From a bacterium (GTDB lineage: Bacteria; Verrucomicrobiota; Kiritimatiellia; RFP12; UBA1067): a stretch of DNA of 50,403 nucleotides. The translations under genes were made by a program, and so were the position numbers. The notes beneath the pieces are model-generated. The model was given only the letters and a program-made list of their open reading frames with translations. It did not search any database and was not told the DNA's origin. The stretch is from assembly GCA_037141675.1 (NCBI GenBank), contig JBAXCC010000002.1, positions 1 to 50,403 of the forward strand. The letters run 5' to 3'. Below are positions 1 through 6,540 of the stretch, piece after piece; within the stretch, counting starts at the first letter, position 1; every line of letters begins with the position of its first letter.

Positions 1-20
1 GAAATGAAAGGTACACCTGA

Positions 21-926
21 ATGACTGCCTTTAAAAAGTCCCCATGGGTGATCCACTACGATGCTTCGAGCTGCAACGGCTGCGATATTGAAGTGCTCGC
101 CTGCCTGATGCCCAACTTTGATGTCGAACGTTTTGGTATCATCAACACCGGCAATCCTAAGCACGCGGACATCTTTCTGGTGACTGGTTCGGTCAATGTT
201 CAGAACGCACCGGTTGTCCGCAACATCTACGCCCAGATGCCGGAGCCCAAAGTGGTTGTTGCCATCGGCATCTGTGGCACGTCTGGCGGTATTTTCCGCG
301 AATGTTACAATGTGCTGGGCGGTATCGACACGGTGATTCCAGTCGATGTGTATGTCCCTGGTTGCGCGGCGCGGCCGGAAGCAATTATCGATGGTGTGGT
401 CCGCGCCCTTGACGTTCTCGAGGAGAAGCGCCGCTTCATGCTCTCTTCCACGGATGCGGTCGGCGGTGGATTTATCATCAATCGTGCCAACCAGAAGGAT
501 ATCCCGGAAATTCTCGCCTTGCAGAAGATCGCGTATCGCAGTCAAGCCGAGATTTACGGCGATGACAGCGTTCCGGCTTTGGGGCAGACCATGGAAGATA
601 TCACCGCTGCCTTCGACCGGATGATTTTCCTCAAGGCGGTCGTCAACGGCAAGATTATCGGCTCGATTCGTGGCTACCGCGATGGTGACACCGCGTATAT
701 CAGCCGCGTCATTGTGCATCCTTATTTCCAGGGCAGAGGACTGGCAACCCGCTTGATTCGCCAGATCGAGCAGGAGGTCGGCGACGTTCGTATTTTTGAG
801 GCTTTCACGGGACATCAGAGCGCCCAGAATCTTCACCTCTACGGGAAGCTGGGGTACCGTCAGGTTCGCACCGAACCGTTTACCCCGACCGTGAATTGGG
901 TTTACTTGCAGAAGGAGCGGAAATGA
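21..926 (+). CDS. Group-4 (Ech-type) [NiFe]-hydrogenase small subunit (NuoB/EchC/HycG-like) fused to a C-terminal GNAT N-acetyltransferase domain
   Basis: 301 aa. Residues 1-~150 carry the NuoB-type four-Cys pattern for the proximal [4Fe-4S]: SSCNGCDIE, GICGTSGG, VPGCAARPE. Residues ~160-301 carry GNAT motif A (VHPYFQGRGLATRLI, i.e. Q-x-x-G-x-A) and YGKLGY. The stop overlaps the next start (ATGA at 923-926). A TGA at 18-20 just before the ATG suggests an upstream gene ends at the window edge. Confidence 0.85.
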   Translation: MTAFKKSPWVIHYDASSCNGCDIEVLACLMPNFDVERFGIINTGNPKHADIFLVTGSVNVQNAPVVRNIYAQMPEPKVVVAIGICGTSGGIFRECYNVLGGIDTVIPVDVYVPGCAARPEAIIDGVVRALDVLEEKRRFMLSSTDAVGGGFIINRANQKDIPEILALQKIAYRSQAEIYGDDSVPALGQTMEDITAAFDRMIFLKAVVNGKIIGSIRGYRDGDTAYISRVIVHPYFQGRGLATRLIRQIEQEVGDVRIFEAFTGHQSAQNLHLYGKLGYRQVRTEPFTPTVNWVYLQKERK

Positions 927-1315
927 TTGAAGAACAGACTATTATAGCCGTCATGCCGGAAACGCTGGTGGCCGAAACGCGCAAGATGCGCGATCAAGGT
1001 TATCGACTGGTCCAAATCTGCGTCACGCGGCTGGGCGAAGAACTCCAGCTGGACTACAGCTTTGACCTTAACCGTAAGTTCGTCAATTTCCGCTTCCTCC
1101 AGCCCAAAACAGGAGCGCGTGTTCCGAGCGTCAGCGGTATCTACTGGTGCGCCTTCACCTACGAGAATGAGATCAGCGATCTCTTCGGCGTTCAGGTAGA
1201 TGGCAATGCCCTCGATTTCAAAGGCACGTTCTACAAGACCGCTATGAAGCATCCGTTTATTCAAGACGCCGCGCCGGCATCCGTTCCTGCCCCGGCCAAA
1301 CCGGAGGTCAAATAA
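923..1315 (+). CDS. NuoC/EchD-like hydrogenase subunit (30-kDa family, short form)
   Basis: ATG at 923 is preceded by GGAG (914-917) and overlaps the upstream stop. 130 aa (MIEEQTIIAV...FTYENEISDLFGV...). It sits between the small and large subunits as in echABCDEF. The longer ORF-track start at 896 lies inside the upstream gene. Confidence 0.75.
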   Translation: MIEEQTIIAVMPETLVAETRKMRDQGYRLVQICVTRLGEELQLDYSFDLNRKFVNFRFLQPKTGARVPSVSGIYWCAFTYENEISDLFGVQVDGNALDFKGTFYKTAMKHPFIQDAAPASVPAPAKPEVK

Positions 1316-1317
1316 TT

Positions 1318-2397
1318 ATGGGTACCCGTACTATCATTCCATTCGGTCCGCAGCATCCGGTGCTTCCGGAACCGATCCATATTGACTTGGTGGTCGAAGA
1401 TGAAAAGGTCGTCGAGGCCGTTCCATCCATCGGCTTTATCCACCGCGGACTGGAAAGGCTGGTCGAGAAGAAAGACTTCATCGAGTACGTCTATGTCGCT
1501 GAACGCATCTGCGGTATCTGCAGCTTCATCCATGGCCAGACCTATTGCCAGGGTATTGAAGAGATCATGAAGATTGAGGTCCCGACGCGCGCCAAGTATC
1601 TGCGTACGATCTGGGGCGAGCTTTCCCGCATTCACAGCCATCTGCTGTGGGCTGGTCTGATGGCAGATGCCTTCGGTTTCGAATCCCTGTTCATGCATAG
1701 CTGGCGCGTTCGCGAACAGGTTCTGGATATCATCGAAGCAACGACTGGCGGACGCGTCATCTTTGGGTCCTGTCGAGTAGGCGGCGCCCGTCGCGACATT
1801 TCACCGGAACAGATGACTTGGTTGCTGAAGCAGATGGACGTGATCGAGAAGGAGATGCGCCTGATCGTCGATATCTTCATGAACGACAACTCGGTCAAGC
1901 ACCGTCTCTGTGGCGTCGGTGTTATTTCCAAAGAAGATGCTATTTCGCTGGGCGCTGTGGGTCCGACCTTGCGTGGTAGCGGCGTAGCAGATGATATGCG
2001 GCTGTTGAAGTACGCTGCTTTTGGCGAGCTTGAGTTTGCGCCGATTACGAGAACCGAAGGCGATTCCTATAGCCGTTGCGCAGTGCGCTGTGCCGAGCTG
2101 TTCCAGTCTGTTGACCTGATCCGTCAGGCAGCGGCGAAAATACCTGCAGGCGAAATTGCTGTCAAAGTCACCGGTAACCCCAACGGTGAATTTTTCTCGC
2201 GCGTTGAACAGCCCCGAGGTGAAGTGGTTTATTACATCAAGGGCAATGGCACCAAGAACCTGACCCGGTTCCGCGCCCGTACGCCGACGTTTGCCAATGT
2301 GCCGCCGCTGGTCAAGATGCTGGCAGGCTGCGAGTTGGCCGATGTTCCTGTTCTGGTACTGACCATTGACCCTTGCATCAGCTGCACGGAGAGGTAA
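1318..2397 (+). CDS. [NiFe]-hydrogenase large subunit, group 4 (NuoD/EchE-like)
   Basis: 359 aa. N-terminal Ni-Fe ligand motif RICGICSFIH (RxCGxCxxxH, ~1504-1533). C-terminal DPCISCTER (DPCxxCxxR) is the very end of the protein. Size and NuoD-like blocks are typical of energy-converting (Ech/Coo/Mbh) enzymes. Confidence 0.93.
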   Translation: MGTRTIIPFGPQHPVLPEPIHIDLVVEDEKVVEAVPSIGFIHRGLERLVEKKDFIEYVYVAERICGICSFIHGQTYCQGIEEIMKIEVPTRAKYLRTIWGELSRIHSHLLWAGLMADAFGFESLFMHSWRVREQVLDIIEATTGGRVIFGSCRVGGARRDISPEQMTWLLKQMDVIEKEMRLIVDIFMNDNSVKHRLCGVGVISKEDAISLGAVGPTLRGSGVADDMRLLKYAAFGELEFAPITRTEGDSYSRCAVRCAELFQSVDLIRQAAAKIPAGEIAVKVTGNPNGEFFSRVEQPRGEVVYYIKGNGTKNLTRFRARTPTFANVPPLVKMLAGCELADVPVLVLTIDPCISCTER

Positions 2398-2401
2398 ACT
2401 T

Positions 2402-2731
2402 ATGGCATTTTTCCAAATGAAAAAAATGATTCTGGCGTGGACGTTCCGTACGCCAGTCACGACCAAGTATCCGTTTGAGCCGAGGAAGATATGTCCTGGT
2501 TCGCGGGGTCGTCTCGATGTCAAAATTACTGATTGCATCTTCTGCACCTTGTGCGACAAGCGTTGCCCGACTCAGGCGCTGGATGTCGATAAGGCGAACA
2601 AGAAGTGGCACATCGATCGTCTGCGCTGCATCTCCTGCGGGTATTGCGTCGAAGTCTGCCCGAAAAAATGTCTGCACCTCACCGGTGATCATGGCATTCC
2701 GACTGTGACCAAGGAAATGGAGACCTTCTAA
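2402..2731 (+). CDS. 2x[4Fe-4S] ferredoxin-like hydrogenase subunit (NuoI/EchF-like)
   Basis: ATG at 2402 follows GGAGAGG (~2388-2394). Two CxxCxxCxxxCP motifs are present (CIFCTLCDKRCP, CISCGYCVEVCP). The ORF-track start at 2366 overlaps the large-subunit gene and is less likely. Confidence 0.88.
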   Translation: MAFFQMKKMILAWTFRTPVTTKYPFEPRKICPGSRGRLDVKITDCIFCTLCDKRCPTQALDVDKANKKWHIDRLRCISCGYCVEVCPKKCLHLTGDHGIPTVTKEMETF

Positions 2732-3076
2732 ATGCATGAGGACCACTTGATTGACGGCGTCATCGAGGATGTGAAGCTGCGGATAAAAGCCGCTGGAGCT
2801 ACGCGGGTCAGTCGTATTGTCCTTGAGTTGAGCCCTGATTCGCACATGGGTGAAATATCAGTGGAAATGCATCTGGAATCGCACCTGGCCGAAGAACCAG
2901 CAATGGCCGGCGCGAAAATCGAATATCGCCATGTACCGCCGCGTCTTTTCTGCCCCTCCTGTAATGCGGAGTTTGAACGCCAGCCCGGCGTCTTTACTTG
3001 TCCGCAATGTGCCAAACCCGGTCGTCCCTGTGGCCACCGTTCCGGCTTGCGGGTGCTTGAGGTGGACTTTAACTAA
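2732..3076 (+). CDS. hypA: Hydrogenase nickel-insertion protein HypA
   Basis: 114 aa. N-terminal MHE nickel-site motif and a CPSC...CPQC zinc site. It lies directly after the hydrogenase structural genes; its stop overlaps the next ATG (TAATG at 3074-3078). Confidence 0.9.
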   Translation: MHEDHLIDGVIEDVKLRIKAAGATRVSRIVLELSPDSHMGEISVEMHLESHLAEEPAMAGAKIEYRHVPPRLFCPSCNAEFERQPGVFTCPQCAKPGRPCGHRSGLRVLEVDFN

Positions 3077-4392
3077 TGTGCTATGCGCTTCCAGGTGTTG
3101 TGACAGAGATTAACGGTCGCAACGCCGTCATCAGCTACTTCGGCGAAATCCGGTCAGCCCTCTCCGAACTCACCAACATCCAGCCCGGCGACTATGTCTA
3201 TGCGCAGGGTGGTTATGTGATCGAAAAAGTCGATCCCGATTTCGCCCGCGAAATGCTCGATACCTGGAACGAACTCTTCGTGGTCTTACAGGAACGCGAT
3301 AACTCCATGTCGGAACGGCCCACGCCGGAGCCGAATGACCGTCCGCTCCAGGATATTCTTGATAAAGCCGGCGCAGGCCTGCCGATCTCCCGTGAGGATT
3401 TGCGCTATCTGCTGACTGTCGAGGAGCCGGATCGTCTCGAACGGCTCTACCGTACAGCCAATGCGGTCCGTCATCTGCATCATCGCAACTCCTGCTGTGT
3501 GCATGGCATCCTCGAAATTTCAAACTATTGCTCCAGTGACTGCCTCTATTGCGGACTGGCCGCCAACTCTACGCTGACCCGTCGCTACCGAATGACCCGC
3601 GACGAGATTCTTGAAGCAGCTAAAGAGGCGATCGAAGGTTTTGGCTTTAAGTCGCTGGTGCTCCAATCAGGCGAAGATCCTGCTTACACGCCGGCTTTTC
3701 TGGCTGAAGTCGTTGCTGAGATCAAACGCCGTCATGGTGTCTTCATCTGTGTCAGCTTTGGCGAAGTCGGCCTTGATGGCCTTGATATGCTTTACGCAGC
3801 TGGCGCCCGTGCCCTGCTGATGCGCTTTGAGACATCGGATGCAAAGCTTTATGCCACGCTCCATCCGGGCGCTACACTGGAGTCCCGGCTGAGTCATCTG
3901 CGTCACGCACTCAACACGGGTTGGCTGTTGGTGACCGGGGGACTGATCGGCTTGCCCGGGCAGACCGTTGATTCACTGGTCGACGACATTCTGCTGACTG
4001 GTGAATTGAGTGCTGAAATGTTTAGCTTTGGTCCGCTCCTGGCCAGTCACCGCCGCCGCGACATTGTTCCGGCGACTGAAGCGCAGATGCTTCGCGTCCT
4101 GGCTGCAGCCCGGATTGCCGCGCCTGCGCAGGCCAAGGTGCTGGTGACCACCGCGTTTGAAACCCTGTCGCCAAATGCCCGTGAACGCGGACTCATGGCC
4201 GGGGCCAGCTCGGTGATGTTGAATGTGACGCCGCTCCGTTATCGCGCCGACTATGCAATCTACGACGGACGTGCCCATGCCACCGAAAGCATTGCCGACC
4301 AGACCCGCGCAATCATCCAGCTCCTCGACCGTCTCGGCCGAGCTCCCAGCGACCTTGGCGTTGCCACTCCTTCGCTCTCTAAGCTGGGGTAG
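3076..4392 (+). CDS. Fusion protein: N-terminal HypC/HupF-type hydrogenase chaperone domain plus C-terminal HydE/BioB-class radical-SAM domain
   Basis: 438 aa. Residues 1-~75 (MCYALPGVVTEINGRNAVISYFGEIRSA...GDYVYAQGGYVIEKVDPDFAREMLDTWNEL) match the HypC pattern with the essential Cys2. From ~residue 130 there are HydE-like blocks: ILEISNYCSSDCLYCGL (CX3CX2C at 3529-3552), RYRMTRDEI, VLQSGEDP, SFGE, RFETSD..LY..LHP, GLIGLPGQT. There is no HydG-type C-terminal Cys cluster. Confidence 0.8.
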   Translation: MCYALPGVVTEINGRNAVISYFGEIRSALSELTNIQPGDYVYAQGGYVIEKVDPDFAREMLDTWNELFVVLQERDNSMSERPTPEPNDRPLQDILDKAGAGLPISREDLRYLLTVEEPDRLERLYRTANAVRHLHHRNSCCVHGILEISNYCSSDCLYCGLAANSTLTRRYRMTRDEILEAAKEAIEGFGFKSLVLQSGEDPAYTPAFLAEVVAEIKRRHGVFICVSFGEVGLDGLDMLYAAGARALLMRFETSDAKLYATLHPGATLESRLSHLRHALNTGWLLVTGGLIGLPGQTVDSLVDDILLTGELSAEMFSFGPLLASHRRRDIVPATEAQMLRVLAAARIAAPAQAKVLVTTAFETLSPNARERGLMAGASSVMLNVTPLRYRADYAIYDGRAHATESIADQTRAIIQLLDRLGRAPSDLGVATPSLSKLG

Positions 4393-4473
4393 GGGAGACT
4401 GAGGCATCACGGTAGCGCTTCGTTTATTCCCTGTCAGTCGCTGGTCTAAAAGTCCGTGTATCCTTCTGGAAGT

Positions 4474-6072
4474 TTAGCGCAGTTTGCCGCGGACAGCCAT
4501 GGAGAGGGCTTTGGCGAGTTCGGTCTCGTTCCACGGCAGGCAGAAATAAAATATTCCTTGTTGGCGATAAAGTTCGATGTCTGAACGTGCCAGGACCGCA
4601 TTTGCATACGCGATAATCGGCAGACGTTTTGTCTTGGGATTCTCGCGAAGCTGCATGACGAGTTCACGGATATCCATATCAGTGATTCTTCCGTCTAGCA
4701 TCAACAAGGCTGGCGGATGCTCGAAACAGGTGTCGCGCAACAGACTCGACCTTTCAAAGAAGGTCAGGCCATACCCGAGCTTCTGAATATGTTCCGTGAG
4801 GAAGACTGTGATGGCAGTATCTTGCGAAAGAGCCATGACCAGTGGAGCCTGTGCAAGGGGGAGCTCGACGTAGACAGCGGTGCCGCAGGTGGTTCCTTTA
4901 ACAGGACTTTCAAAGGTGATGCCTCCGCCATGAAGGTCGATGATTTCACGTGAGATCGCCAGCCCAAGTCCAGTTCCAGCCACATGGTCTCCGGCGCGGA
5001 CAAATCGTTGTGCCAGCTTGGGCAGCATCTCGGGGGAGACGCCCATGCCCGTATCACAGACAGACAAGAGCGCTGTGTTGGTTTTTGTTGGCGACCGGCT
5101 GAGGGAGATTGTGATGTTTCCCTTTTCCGGAGTGAATTTAATGGCGTTGCCTACGATGTTGAGCACGACGCGTTCCATTTTTTGTGCGTCACAGTGGCAG
5201 AACAATTCAGGGGTTGGGATGTTGAGCCGTATATCAATGTGCTTTGCGTCAGCCTGGATTTGAACAGGATTGAGGCCGTCATGAATGAAGGTGCTAATCG
5301 GAACGACCTGTTTGGTGAGCACGAGGCTCTTGTTCTCGATCTGGCTGACATCCAGGATGTCATTGATGGTTGCCAGAAGCCGTTGGCAGTCCGCCTGTAG
5401 TCGCTCCAGATAGCGCATCGCCTTTTCTGGCATGGCACCGACCACGCCGCGAATCATGTTGTTGACCGCGTAGACCATGGAGGTCAGTGGCGTCCGTAAT
5501 TCATGGGAGACATTCGAGACGAATTCCAGCCGAGCCCGGTCATGTGCCTGAAGGCGTTCATTCGCATCTTGAAGCGCGCAGATCGCATTGTGGCGGACCG
5601 TCATGTCGCGGATAAAAAAGCAGAGTTGCCCATGCGCGTCAAGTTCGACTTTGTTGATGGCGATTTCAGCAGGAAAAGAGGTGTTGTCCGACCGTTTGCA
5701 GTACGCATCGACGAGTGTATATTTCTGATCAGCCAGGTTGGTTTGAATTGTGGTGATCAGCGAGGGGGTTGCGCCGGAGATGAGCCTGACGATGGATTGC
5801 TCAATAAGGTCGTGAGACGGTTGAAGGAAAAATTCAGATGCGCGTTGATTGCACTCCAGAATTTTTCCTTCAAGGTCTGTAATCAGCACAGCATCATAAA
5901 CGCTCTCGAGCAGTTTAAAGAATGACGTGCTTCGTTCGGTTGCATGCAGACGCCACGAGCGACGGAAACGGACCTTTGTCGACTTTGTTTGTGTCGTGTG
6001 CGTATCGATCTCGCTGGGTGCGATATCGATACGCATGGTTCTGTTATCCTGAAGAATGGCGTCCGAAGACAT
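4474..6072 (-). CDS. Cytoplasmic PAS-domain hybrid sensor histidine kinase with a degenerate C-terminal receiver domain
   Basis: 532 aa with no obvious TM segment. PAS-like region (LLESVYDAVLITDLEGKILECNQRASEFF). H-box FVSNVSHELRTPL, N-box VLNIVGNAIKFT, G-boxes DTGMGV and GTGLGLAISREII. The C-terminal ~125 aa are CheY-like with the acceptor Asp context LLMLDGRI, but the N-terminal acidic pair and the conserved Lys appear to be replaced. The start overlaps the upstream stop (TAATG at 6070-6074). Confidence 0.88.
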   Translation of the reverse strand: MSSDAILQDNRTMRIDIAPSEIDTHTTQTKSTKVRFRRSWRLHATERSTSFFKLLESVYDAVLITDLEGKILECNQRASEFFLQPSHDLIEQSIVRLISGATPSLITTIQTNLADQKYTLVDAYCKRSDNTSFPAEIAINKVELDAHGQLCFFIRDMTVRHNAICALQDANERLQAHDRARLEFVSNVSHELRTPLTSMVYAVNNMIRGVVGAMPEKAMRYLERLQADCQRLLATINDILDVSQIENKSLVLTKQVVPISTFIHDGLNPVQIQADAKHIDIRLNIPTPELFCHCDAQKMERVVLNIVGNAIKFTPEKGNITISLSRSPTKTNTALLSVCDTGMGVSPEMLPKLAQRFVRAGDHVAGTGLGLAISREIIDLHGGGITFESPVKGTTCGTAVYVELPLAQAPLVMALSQDTAITVFLTEHIQKLGYGLTFFERSSLLRDTCFEHPPALLMLDGRITDMDIRELVMQLRENPKTKRLPIIAYANAVLARSDIELYRQQGIFYFCLPWNETELAKALSMAVRGKLR

Positions 6073-6491
6073 TACTCGTGTGACTTATTTTTAGCTTCGT
6101 TTACGCGAAGCTTTCGACCGAAGATATCCTTATCGTGAAGCGCCTTAATAGCGGCTTCAGCTTCAGGACGGTTCGGCATTTCGATAAAGCCATACCCTTT
6201 GGACTTGCTGTTGAAGCGATTGGTAATAATGCGTGAGGACTTGACTGCGCCATAACGCTCGAACTCCTTGCGCATTTGTGCTTCAGTCATGTCGTAGCTT
6301 AGGTTGCCGACATAGATTTCGACGCAGGAGCCATCGCCGTAGCTTTCGCTCTCGCCTCTGCTGCTGCGGCGGCCGCCTGATTTGGCGATGATGAGGCCGA
6401 TGACGAGGCCGAGAAGGCCTGTTGCGACTAAGATGCCTACGGATACGGGATCTGTAACCATGGCGGTTAATTTGGTCATTAGTTGATTCAT
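6072..6491 (-). CDS. RRM (RNP-1) RNA-binding protein with an N-terminal transmembrane anchor
   Basis: RNP2 IYVGNL and RNP1 KGYGFIEM in a ~80-aa C-terminal RRM. The N-terminus has one strongly hydrophobic helix (VSVGILVATGLLGLVIGLIIA) followed by a basic/Ser-rich linker. ATG at 6491 is preferred over the TTG at 6497 used by the ORF track; AAGGA lies upstream. Confidence 0.85.
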   Translation of the reverse strand: MNQLMTKLTAMVTDPVSVGILVATGLLGLVIGLIIAKSGGRRSSRGESESYGDGSCVEIYVGNLSYDMTEAQMRKEFERYGAVKSSRIITNRFNSKSKGYGFIEMPNRPEAEAAIKALHDKDIFGRKLRVNEAKNKSHE

Positions 6492-6540
6492 ACTCAAGAT
6501 TTTTCCTTGATTTATGTGTGTTGGATGAGGAAGGCTATGC

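Noticed and set aside
896-1315. Longer ORF-track starts for several genes: 896, 2366, 11552, 11862, 17180, 31162, 41453, 42671, 6497
   Set aside because: Each extension overlaps the preceding gene or a regulatory element. In most cases an internal ATG gives a product whose N-terminus matches the family, and where visible it has a better SD (923, 2402, 11648, 17216). The extensions were therefore trimmed.
1801-2559. 252-aa ORF on the minus strand across the hydrogenase large-subunit and ferredoxin genes
   Set aside because: It is entirely antisense to two motif-rich, confidently identified genes. It is low-complexity and Arg-rich, with no recognisable motif. This is the typical shadow ORF seen opposite real coding sequence.
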